From: Roseibacillus sp.
Lineage (GTDB): Bacteria > Verrucomicrobiota > Verrucomicrobiia > Verrucomicrobiales > Akkermansiaceae
Reading direction: 5' to 3'
Length of the DNA stretch: 64,000 nucleotides
Assembly: GCA_002686085.1 (NCBI GenBank)
Contig: NZAC01000002.1
Coordinates: 45,920-109,919, forward strand
Shown here: piece after piece, positions 56,456 to 64,000 of the stretch
Layout: every line of letters starts with the position of its first letter
Position numbering within the stretch: position 1 is the stretch's first letter
Translations under genes and position numbers: made by a program
The notes under the pieces: generated by a model
Told to the model about the DNA's origin: nothing
The model's database searches: none
Seen by the model: only the letters and a program-made list of their open reading frames with translations

Positions 56456-57898
56456 CTACCCTAAGATGTCAGAAGCGATTTCACCGTAAACGTCTGTGAG
56501 GCGGAAGTCCCTGCCATTATGCCGGTAGGTAAGCCTTTTGTGGTCGATTCCGAGAAGATGGAGAATGGTAGCGTGCAGGTCGTGGATGGTGCACCTGTTT
56601 TCAATAGCGTGGTAACCGAATTCATCTGTGCGGCCGTAGCGGAATCCGCCTTTTACTCCCGCGCCCGCCATCCACATCGTAAATCCATCCGGATGGTGGT
56701 CCCGGCCTACTGGGCCATTGCCCTGCTGCGTTGTCGGCGTACGACCAAATTCTCCTCCCCAGAGGACCAGAGTGTCCTCGAGTAGCCCTCTGGCCTTGAG
56801 GTCGAGAATCAGGCCGGTGATGGGTTTGTCAATCTGTCCGACATTGAGGGAGTGCCCCTTTTCGAGGTGGGAGTGCTGGTCCCATTGTTCATTATTGAAT
56901 TTAAGTGAATGTGCATGGCTGACCTGAATAAACCGGACTCCCCGTTCTGCCAGTCTTCGAGCCATGATGCACTCCCTTGCGAAGTTTTCCGTTCGGGCGT
57001 CGTCCATACCATAGAGTTTGCGTGTTGCCTCGCTCTCGCCGGAGAGGTCCGTGGCCTCGGGCGCAGCCATCTGCATCCGAAAGGCAAGCTCGAAGCTTTT
57101 CATTCGGTCCTCGAGCAGAGCGCCTGCTTGGTCATTGGCTGACTGGCGCTCATGAATACGCCGTAAAAGCCCCAGTTGGAGAGACTGCTTCTGGTGGCTG
57201 ATGCGCTCGTTGGTCATGTAGTGAAACCGTGCGTCTCTTGCGGGACTGTTGGGATAGCCGGGAGTTCCGAGGGGGACCCCGCCAAATTCGGCTGGCAGGA
57301 AGGCCGGTCCGAAGTTGTCGGATCCCCCGTGCAGGGAGGTCGGGCAGATTGTCACGAAGCCGGGGAGATTATTGTTGTCGCTACCCAGCCCGTAGTTGAC
57401 CCAAGCACCCATGCTGGGCCGCAGAAGTGCTTCGTCGCCGGTATGCATTTTCATGCATGCACCTCCGTGGGAAACATTTGTCTCACACAGTGAGTGAATC
57501 ATGCAGAGTTCGTCGGCCACTTTGGGCAGGTGCTGCCAGAGCTCGGACATCCAGTGCCCGGAATTTCCGACCTGTCGCAGCGGCCACGGGGGTTTAAGCA
57601 GGTTGCCCCGCTTTGCGAACTGGACCTTGCGTTCCGGAAAGGGAAGCGGTTTGCCGTTGAATTCCTCGAGCTTGGGTTTGTGATCAAAAAGATCTACATG
57701 AGAGGGACCTCCGTGCATGAAGAGGAAAATGACCCTGCGTGCCCGGGCGGGAAACAGCGCCTGAGGTCGGAGGGGACTCGCCCCCTGAGACTGCTCTGCC
57801 AGAAGGGTGTTCAGGGCTAGCCCACCGAAGCCGAGAGCCATCCGCCCAAGTGCATTCCGGCGGGGCAGTAGATTCGGGGAAGGAAGGTTGCTACTCAT
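56456..57898 (-). CDS. DUF1501-family protein (sulfatase/alkaline-phosphatase-like fold) with a Tat-like signal
   Basis: FLFMHGGPSHVDLFDHKP and LWGGEFGRTP motifs. The ATG at 57898 overlaps the upstream stop (ATGA). Signal region RRNALGRMALGFGGLALNTLLA. Confidence 0.8.
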   Translation of the reverse strand: MSSNLPSPNLLPRRNALGRMALGFGGLALNTLLAEQSQGASPLRPQALFPARARRVIFLFMHGGPSHVDLFDHKPKLEEFNGKPLPFPERKVQFAKRGNLLKPPWPLRQVGNSGHWMSELWQHLPKVADELCMIHSLCETNVSHGGACMKMHTGDEALLRPSMGAWVNYGLGSDNNNLPGFVTICPTSLHGGSDNFGPAFLPAEFGGVPLGTPGYPNSPARDARFHYMTNERISHQKQSLQLGLLRRIHERQSANDQAGALLEDRMKSFELAFRMQMAAPEATDLSGESEATRKLYGMDDARTENFARECIMARRLAERGVRFIQVSHAHSLKFNNEQWDQHSHLEKGHSLNVGQIDKPITGLILDLKARGLLEDTLVLWGGEFGRTPTTQQGNGPVGRDHHPDGFTMWMAGAGVKGGFRYGRTDEFGYHAIENRCTIHDLHATILHLLGIDHKRLTYRHNGRDFRLTDVYGEIASDILG

Positions 57899-60234
57899 CG
57901 CAGGTAAAGAAATTCGTTGGAGATGAGAAGTGTATGACAGAGCAGGGCCCATGCTTGGGGCCCATTGTTGCCTGCCTCCCTGAGAAAGACCTGGGCCTCC
58001 CCGCGTTCCTCTCTGGTCACCGGCCGGGAGAAGAGGCGCAGATACAATTCGTGCAGGGGATCTTCATGAGATTGAATCTGTCGGGCGATAACGGCCGATT
58101 GGTTGATAAGAAATGAGCTGTTTAGCATGAGAAGGGCCTGAGTCGCTACCGTGCTGCTGCTGCGCCGGCCCGTAGGTGCCGTCGGATTCGGAAAATCGAG
58201 GAGGCTGAGAAAGTCGTAGACGTGGCTGCGCACCACTGGGAGGTAGATGCTTCGGTGTTGAGCATCCTCATAGATTTTTCGATTTTTGACTATGTCAGCA
58301 GGTGAGGGGTCTTGAGCCTTAACCTTTGGCGGAGGACCCGTGGGGGCCTCTCGAACGAGGGATCCTGAGACTGCGAGGACCGCATCGCGGAAGACTTCCG
58401 CTTCCATCCGTCGCAGCCCGCGACCTCCTTGTCCGCCGGAAATTTGATAGGTGTTTGAAAGCATAATATGGCGGTGAAGTTTTTTAAGTGACCATCCACT
58501 CTGGAGAAAATAGTGTGTGAGGTAGTCGAGAAGGGGCTGGTTTTCAGGGGTGTTTCCAGTGGTGCCAAAGTTGTCCGGAGTAGAGACCAGGCCCTTACCG
58601 AAGAGCCAGTGCCAAACCCGGTTGACCATTACCCTCGCTGTGAGGGGGTGAGCGGGTGAGGTCATCCATTCTGCAAGTTCAAGGCGACCGCTTTGGTTTG
58701 TGATTTTGCCTGGTCGACGGGGTGCTCCAACGGAGGTGAGGAAGCCTCGCGGAACCACGTCTCCGAGCTCGTGTGGATTCCCTCTGACATTGATCCGCGA
58801 GTCCGCGATTTTTCCATCTCTCACAGCCATGACCTTGGGGAGCTCTTCCTTTTTGCCTGTTTGCAGGGCCGATACCTCAGTTTGAAGGCCTTCTATTTTT
58901 TTGAGAAGAGTAGTGGCCTGTTCCGGGTTCTGAACGGGGATCAACTTGAGCTTGTCGAGATGCGACATCATTGGCTCTGACTCGAGCCGGAGGATTTGTT
59001 TGCCCATCTGAAGGAGCAGAAGACCTTCGGCATGCCAGCTCTGGTCGGAGGGCATCCAACCTCCGGTTACCTGAGAGATAGCGTCTTTCAACTCCACCGA
59101 GCCGTCGATGAGCACACGGCCGGGTCGAGAAGAGGCGGCTGCATAGCGTAAGGAGAGCTGATAGGTCCCCTGACGCGGGATATCGATGTCGTATTCGACA
59201 TAATTGCGCTGCGCTCCCGGGTCCGAGATTATACCGATTCCCGCTCCGTAATTGTCACGGTCGACGATAATATTACCCCGAGCAAAGTCCTCCGCTTCCC
59301 ATTCGATAGCCCCCTTTTGATTTCGGAGGGCTTCCAAGGCCTGCTCCTGCAGTTCGATTTTCCTTTTCAGATCTTCCGTCCGCTCGTGGCGCGCTTTTCG
59401 GGCCGCGGCTGAGTCCGGGGTGCGCAATTCCCGGTCCTCGATCTGGGTGCTGTGGAAGATCCCGGCAAGAGCGTAGTAATCTCGCTCCGATACGGGATCA
59501 AACTTGTGGTCGTGGCATCGGGCACAGCCGAGGGAGAGGGCAAGGAAGACCCGCCCCATCGTATCAATCTGCTCGTCGACGATATCTGCACGCTTTTTGA
59601 CCGGGTCTTTTTCGGCGAGAATCTTAGTTCCAATCGCGAGGAAACCGGTGGCGGCAATGCTCCCGGCCCGCTCTGGATCCATGAGGTCTCCTGATAACTG
59701 CTCGCGGACGAACTGATTGTAGGGCAGGTCACGGTTAAAGGCGCTGATTACCCAGTTACGATAGCGCCACGCGAACGGATAGGCGTGATTTTCGTCGCCA
59801 CCGTTCGAATCTCCGTAGCGCGCAAGGTCGAGCCAATGCCTTCCCCAGCGCTCTCCGTAGTGCGGAGAAGCCAGCAGGTGGTCGATCACCTTCTCCCAGG
59901 AACTGGGGGATTGATCTCTCAAGAAGGCTTCGATCTCAGCTGGCGCGGGAGGCAGTCCGATCAGGTCAAAGTAGGCGCGGCGGATGAGAGTACGCCGATC
60001 CGCGCGAGGTATGGAGGCAATGGATTCGCCCTCACTGTGAGCTAGAGTAAAGCGATCAAGATCGTTCTGAACCCACTCTTGATGGTCTACCTTCGGTAGT
60101 GTCGCCGGCAGCAGTGGCTGGAATGCCCAATGCCTACCCTCTCCACCCAAGACTGGGAGGGAGGCGAAGAGAAGAGCTGGATAAGCCAGCAGGAGGGCTA
60201 TGCGAAACGGGTTGATGGCTCTTTCACTTACCAC
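57895..60234 (-). CDS. DUF1549/DUF1553 (PSCyt2/PSD1) protein with a central CBM-like insert
   Basis: RRAYFDLIGLPP, CARCHDHKFDP and NRVWHWLFGKGLVSTPDNFG motifs. The central region WEAEDFARGN...YQLSLRYAAAS resembles CBM6/35. Confidence 0.8.
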   Translation of the reverse strand: MVSERAINPFRIALLLAYPALLFASLPVLGGEGRHWAFQPLLPATLPKVDHQEWVQNDLDRFTLAHSEGESIASIPRADRRTLIRRAYFDLIGLPPAPAEIEAFLRDQSPSSWEKVIDHLLASPHYGERWGRHWLDLARYGDSNGGDENHAYPFAWRYRNWVISAFNRDLPYNQFVREQLSGDLMDPERAGSIAATGFLAIGTKILAEKDPVKKRADIVDEQIDTMGRVFLALSLGCARCHDHKFDPVSERDYYALAGIFHSTQIEDRELRTPDSAAARKARHERTEDLKRKIELQEQALEALRNQKGAIEWEAEDFARGNIIVDRDNYGAGIGIISDPGAQRNYVEYDIDIPRQGTYQLSLRYAAASSRPGRVLIDGSVELKDAISQVTGGWMPSDQSWHAEGLLLLQMGKQILRLESEPMMSHLDKLKLIPVQNPEQATTLLKKIEGLQTEVSALQTGKKEELPKVMAVRDGKIADSRINVRGNPHELGDVVPRGFLTSVGAPRRPGKITNQSGRLELAEWMTSPAHPLTARVMVNRVWHWLFGKGLVSTPDNFGTTGNTPENQPLLDYLTHYFLQSGWSLKKLHRHIMLSNTYQISGGQGGRGLRRMEAEVFRDAVLAVSGSLVREAPTGPPPKVKAQDPSPADIVKNRKIYEDAQHRSIYLPVVRSHVYDFLSLLDFPNPTAPTGRRSSSTVATQALLMLNSSFLINQSAVIARQIQSHEDPLHELYLRLFSRPVTREERGEAQVFLREAGNNGPQAWALLCHTLLISNEFLYLR

Positions 60235-60349
60235 ACATCTCTGAATCCCGAAAATCGGGATTACAGATTTTTAAGATCGAGCGAGAAGAGCAGCGCGAGA
60301 CAGAATTCCTCGGAAGGTTCCGGCAGTTGTTGCGCTGCGCGTGGATATT

Positions 60350-61699
60350 TTATTTGGCTTTCTCCCTGAGCTCTTCCCAGCGCTTCCTCATTTCGATGAG
60401 CTTCTTGCGATGAGAGGGGCTTTCCACGAGATTCGTGCGCTCCATGGGATCAGATTGAAGATCGTAGAGCTCTTCAACTCCGGGTTTTGGAGCCAACCAA
60501 TGAATGTATTTCCAACGCTGGCCACGCACTGCCTCTGATTCGGGAATCCGGTTCGGGATGAAATGGTGTTCGTAAAAAAAATCTCGCCGCCATCCCTCGG
60601 AGGAGCCTGAGAGGAGAGGTGAGAGAGTTCGCCCCTGCATTTCTTCAGGTGCGGGTATGCCGGCATAGGAGAGAATGGTAGGAGCCATATCGATGTTAAG
60701 GGCGAGTTCGTCGAGAGGCTGTTTCCTCCCGCCCTGATCTCGGGGGTCGTGAATAACGAGGGGAATCCGGATCGATTCCTCGTGGGCAAACCATTTTCCA
60801 GCGAGACCTCTCTCCCCGAGATAGAACCCATGATCAGAGGTAAAGATGATCACGGTATTTTCGGCCATCCCGTGTTTCTTGAGGGCCTCCCTCATCCGAC
60901 CCACTTCCCGGTCCACTCCAAAGAGGAGTCGGTAGTAGTCCTTGACCGTTTCCTGATACAGCTTGGGAGAAAAGCGGATTTCCCAGCGTCGTCGGGATTC
61001 AGATGTTTGCAGGGGTTCATGGAGGGCCTGAAAGATCGCGGGATCCGAAAGCGGAGCCGCCGGGATCGTCGTTCCGGAGAACATATTTTCGTCGCGTGCG
61101 TCCGGGGGGAACTGTCGTTTCGCCCCATCTTGGCAATGGACAGCCTTGAAGCTGACAGACAGGCACCAGGGCTTGTCCGCCGGAACGGTGCGAAGGAATT
61201 CGAGGGATTGATCACCCTGAAGAGAGGTGAGGTGCTGATTGTTGGGGCGCTTCGGATCGAGGAAGCGTCCCTGGCCGGCAAAGCCGCGCCAGAAATCAAA
61301 GGTCTTGCGTGCCTCGGCCATTTTGTTTCCGACCCCGTATTTTCCGATGAATCCGGTATGGTAGCCAGCGGCTTTTAAAAGTTGAGGGTAGGATTTGGCC
61401 CATGCAGTTTCCGTGAACTCAGTCCGGAAATCATGAATCTTATGACGAGCCTCATACTGACCGGTGAAGATGCTCGCTCGGCTTACCATGCAGATCGCCG
61501 TGGTAACAAAGGCGTTCTTGAACACATGGCTTTCCGCGGCAAGACGGTCGAGGTGAGGAGTACGACAAATCTGATGCCCCGCGAAACCAAAGGTGTCGTG
61601 TCGGAGGTCATCGACGAGAAGAAAGAGGATATTGGGCCGGGCTGCCGCAGGGAAGAGGGAGGTGAATTGGAAGAGGAGCAGGAGAACGACGATCCGCAT
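60350..61699 (-). CDS. sulfatase-family protein with a non-canonical active-site motif C-M-V-S-R
   Basis: Signal peptide, LLVDDLRHD, and CMVSRASIFTG where C-x-P-x-R is expected. Confidence 0.75.
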   Translation of the reverse strand: MRIVVLLLLFQFTSLFPAAARPNILFLLVDDLRHDTFGFAGHQICRTPHLDRLAAESHVFKNAFVTTAICMVSRASIFTGQYEARHKIHDFRTEFTETAWAKSYPQLLKAAGYHTGFIGKYGVGNKMAEARKTFDFWRGFAGQGRFLDPKRPNNQHLTSLQGDQSLEFLRTVPADKPWCLSVSFKAVHCQDGAKRQFPPDARDENMFSGTTIPAAPLSDPAIFQALHEPLQTSESRRRWEIRFSPKLYQETVKDYYRLLFGVDREVGRMREALKKHGMAENTVIIFTSDHGFYLGERGLAGKWFAHEESIRIPLVIHDPRDQGGRKQPLDELALNIDMAPTILSYAGIPAPEEMQGRTLSPLLSGSSEGWRRDFFYEHHFIPNRIPESEAVRGQRWKYIHWLAPKPGVEELYDLQSDPMERTNLVESPSHRKKLIEMRKRWEELREKAK

Positions 61700-61772
61700 A
61701 CAATCTCACTATCGCTGAGCGGATACGGACGCGATCAAAAACGCACTCTCGAACCTCAGAAGCCGCTCTTGC

Positions 61773-62198
61773 TCACTCTGATTCATTTTCGTCCAGCCAG
61801 CCGTTCAGGATTTCCAGCGCAGCGACCTGATCAATAATATCACGCTGGGCTCTGGTGTCTTTACCGGCTTCCCGCAGTTTCTCAGAGGCGGTTGTCGTCG
61901 TTAGCCGCTCGTCGCTGTACTCCAGCCGGATGTTGGGAATTTTCTCGGTGAGCGCATTCCCAAAGCTTCGTACCCGCTGGGCGGCCTCGCCCTCGCTGCC
62001 GTCGAGTCTCAGGGGAAGGCCGAGAATAATGAGCGACACATTCCGTTGTGCGGCGATCTCTGGAATTCTTTTCAAGGGATCAGTCTGGCTGATATGAATG
62101 GTCTCAACGGGATGAGAGGCGATTCCAAGCTCATCCGTAGCAGCAATCCCGATGCGGGACTGGCCGTGGTCGATAGCGAGAATCGGATGAGGAGTCAT
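61773..62198 (-). CDS. ruvX: Holliday junction resolvase-like protein RuvX (YqgF)
   Basis: ILAIDHGQSRIGIAATD N-terminal motif; about 140 aa. Confidence 0.85.
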   Translation of the reverse strand: MTPHPILAIDHGQSRIGIAATDELGIASHPVETIHISQTDPLKRIPEIAAQRNVSLIILGLPLRLDGSEGEAAQRVRSFGNALTEKIPNIRLEYSDERLTTTTASEKLREAGKDTRAQRDIIDQVAALEILNGWLDENESE

Positions 62199-62223
62199 CT
62201 ACAGAGGAAATTCGAGCCTTTGC

Positions 62224-63315
62224 CTAGAGCAGGTTTTCCGGGAGCAGCCCAACCACCTTTTTAATTTCATCTGCACGTTCGCGGTCGGCAACTAGAATGG
62301 CATCATCAGTTTGCACGATAATCAGGTTGTCCACCCCGAGGAGAGCGACGTGCTTATTTTGCGAGCTGAAGACAATATTATTCGCGCTGTCGATGGGCGT
62401 GATCTGGGTATTGGTCTGGTTGCCGTCACCCGCAGTATCGAGATGTTTGGCCACAGAGATCCACGATCCCACGTCGTCCCAGTCAAAGGAGGCTTCAATA
62501 TTAAGGACTCTTGAAGCCTTTTCCAAGAGGGCGTAGTCAATGGAAATTGGCGTAAGATGAGGAAACCGGGATGTAATTGTGGCCTTCACGTCGGGACTCT
62601 CCTGGAGCTCTTTAGCAAACTCACCAAGCTCAGGGGCATGGCGTTGAAGTTCTGCCATCACGGTTGGAATCGACCAGATGAACATACCGGCATTCCAGGC
62701 AAAATTACCACTGGCAAGAAACCCTTCGGCCTGAGCGGCATCAGGCTTTTCACGAAAGCGCGTGACCTCGTGGGGGTGATGAGTCAGTTCTTGCCCGTCC
62801 AAAACTGCGGCTTCTCCTCGTTCTACGTATCCGTAGGATGGGCAGGGCCAGGTAGGCTTGATCCCAACCGTGACGAGGCCTCCACCCTCGGAGGCTGTCG
62901 CGATGGCGTCTTTCATGACCGATTGAAATTCAGCAGTATCCAGGATCAGCTGGTCGGACGGCAGGATCATCATGGCTGCTTCTGGATCACGGGCGGCGAC
63001 CAACCCGACGCCGAGAGCAACAGCAGGCGCTGTGTCCCTCCGTGCGGGTTCTGCGAAGATATTTTCCGGGGGTAGGGAAGAAGCGAGATGGCGCACCGCG
63101 TCCTCTTGGGCCGCATTGGTCAGAATAAGGATGTTTTCCCTGCGAATTAGGCCCTCCAACCGATTGATTGTCTGGTTCAGAAGGGTACCGGAGTCCAGCA
63201 GGTCGAGGAGCTGTTTGGGCCTTGAGTTTCGGCTTAGTGGCCAGAAACGTGTGCCGCTACCGCCGGCTAGAATCATTGCATATGGATCAGGCATCGGGGT
63301 TGATATTGAAGGCAT
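62224..63315 (-). CDS. mannose-1-phosphate guanylyltransferase (short form, no cupin isomerase domain)
   Basis: AMILAGGSGTRFWPLSR signature; 363 aa. Confidence 0.8.
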   Translation of the reverse strand: MPSISTPMPDPYAMILAGGSGTRFWPLSRNSRPKQLLDLLDSGTLLNQTINRLEGLIRRENILILTNAAQEDAVRHLASSLPPENIFAEPARRDTAPAVALGVGLVAARDPEAAMMILPSDQLILDTAEFQSVMKDAIATASEGGGLVTVGIKPTWPCPSYGYVERGEAAVLDGQELTHHPHEVTRFREKPDAAQAEGFLASGNFAWNAGMFIWSIPTVMAELQRHAPELGEFAKELQESPDVKATITSRFPHLTPISIDYALLEKASRVLNIEASFDWDDVGSWISVAKHLDTAGDGNQTNTQITPIDSANNIVFSSQNKHVALLGVDNLIIVQTDDAILVADRERADEIKKVVGLLPENLL

Positions 63316-63338
63316 AGGGGCTTCCGTTAAAAGCAGCG

Positions 63339-63716
63339 ATGTTGGGAATTTCTTGTTTTCCCCTGCTGAGGATTAGTTACGCTTCAGCAGTGAATGAGAA
63401 ACAGCAGGATCCTGCTAAAGCCCTGGTGGACGCCAGCGTTGAGTGTGCTCCGATCGCACTCGGGGTAGCGGCTGGAATTTTTCTAGGAGATATGATGCAC
63501 CGGAGTGCACGTCGTCCGGTGGCCTTTGCCCTTGGGGTTCTTGGAGTCGCTGCGATCGCCCCGGTGATCGTGGATACCGTTCGTGACAAGGTAGCGGGTC
63601 CACAGACTCGTCGGGGAACGCAGCGCACCCTGCGCAGCATCCGCGAAGGGGCTGGAGTCCCTGCTCGAGACATTGATTTCGTGGAAGAAGAGCTCGGCGA
63701 GGTCTATGCTGGCTGA
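63339..63716 (+). CDS. hypothetical small membrane protein
   Basis: Two hydrophobic segments (APIALGVAAGIFLG and VAFALGVLGVAAIAPVIV). I recognise no family. Overlapping antisense ORFs exist, and a GTG at 63390 is an alternative start. Confidence 0.3.
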   Translation: MLGISCFPLLRISYASAVNEKQQDPAKALVDASVECAPIALGVAAGIFLGDMMHRSARRPVAFALGVLGVAAIAPVIVDTVRDKVAGPQTRRGTQRTLRSIREGAGVPARDIDFVEEELGEVYAG

Positions 63717-63734
63717 GTGTTCCTTGGCGCAGAC

Positions 63735-64000
63735 TCAATCGGAAATGCTCCCCCGGAGGTTGCCGGCAATCTCGTTGACCACGAGGGGAAAGCTGGTCCG
63801 AAAGCGCTCCTTTGGTTGCCAGTCCAGTCCTGCTCGAGCCTTGCTGAAATCAACCGCGTAACGTCTGGCAGGCACCGATTTTGTTTCAACTCCGGGCTGA
63901 AGTGAGATCAACGACGAAGGCTTTTCCAGAGTCTCCAGGATACTTCGAGCGATACCAATGTCCGTGCGTTCACACTGCCCTCCAAGAAGGTAGACTGAGC
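63735..64000 (-). CDS. C-terminal fragment of an NAD-dependent sugar epimerase/dehydratase (dTDP-glucose 4,6-dehydratase-like); 5' end lies outside the window
   Basis: Hand translation of the minus strand gives ...VYLLGGQCERTDIGIARSILETLEKPSSLISLQPGVETKSVPARRYAVDFSKARAGLDWQPKERFRTSFPLVVNEIAGNLRGSISD followed by a stop. The pattern RYA.D.SK....L.W.P is typical of RfbB/GalE-type C-termini. Confidence 0.55.
   Translation of the reverse strand, partial: SVYLLGGQCERTDIGIARSILETLEKPSSLISLQPGVETKSVPARRYAVDFSKARAGLDWQPKERFRTSFPLVVNEIAGNLRGSISD

Noticed and set aside
62150-62200. My hand translation suggested an extra C near 62160 that would frameshift ruvX after MTPHPILAIDHGQ.
   Set aside because: The supplied ORF track gives an intact 141-aa RuvX of consistent length, and the flanking gene coordinates agree with the printed sequence. 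This is most likely my own reading error, so I am not reporting it as a frameshift.
1-64000. I looked through all intergenic gaps (the largest are about 150-270 bp) for tRNA, rRNA, tmRNA, CRISPR repeats, IS elements, integrases, toxin-antitoxin pairs and known defence genes.
   Set aside because: Nothing recognisable by eye. The gaps are short and lack cloverleaf-like or repeat-spacer structure. A covariance-model scan (tRNAscan-SE or Infernal with Rfam) would be the decisive check.

Overview
This window looks like a chromosomal segment from a member of the PVC superphylum, most likely a marine Verrucomicrobiota- or Planctomycetota-type genome. That placement is an inference from gene content only: DUF1501 with DUF1549/DUF1553 pairs, DUF1552 with DUF1592-type pairs, several S1 sulfatases, FG-GAP/ASPIC proteins, PQQ-like propellers, LTD/CotH giant proteins and RNase HIII. 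Positions 1 to about 20.4 kb are ordinary housekeeping genes: argB-argD-argF, mutY, rnhC, an HU/IHF-like gene, rlpA, thrB-thrC, ileS-lspA, uppP, hisF and alr. From about 20.5 kb onward the window is dominated by predicted exported or surface proteins. I recognised no rRNA, tRNA, CRISPR array, transposase or integrase. The most interesting observations are these. (1) A single in-frame TGA splits what is normally one CRTAC1-like polypeptide, and a hairpin resembling a bacterial SECIS follows it, so this is either a candidate selenoprotein or a fresh pseudogene. (2) A module of about 180-200 aa that I cannot name occurs four times in a 1,228-aa Ca-binding repeat protein and once in the adjacent 1,490-aa LTD/CotH kinase-like protein. 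(3) A single-pass membrane protein has a cytoplasmic metallophosphoesterase and an extracytoplasmic PA14 + beta-sandwich + LamG region. (4) A signal-peptide-bearing dikinase-like enzyme is fused to EF-hands and has a permuted domain order. (5) A co-oriented sulfatase island is flanked by both PVC-specific gene pairs of unknown function. All function calls come from motif recognition by eye. No searches were run, and start codons are often uncertain because the ORF track uses ATG, GTG and TTG.
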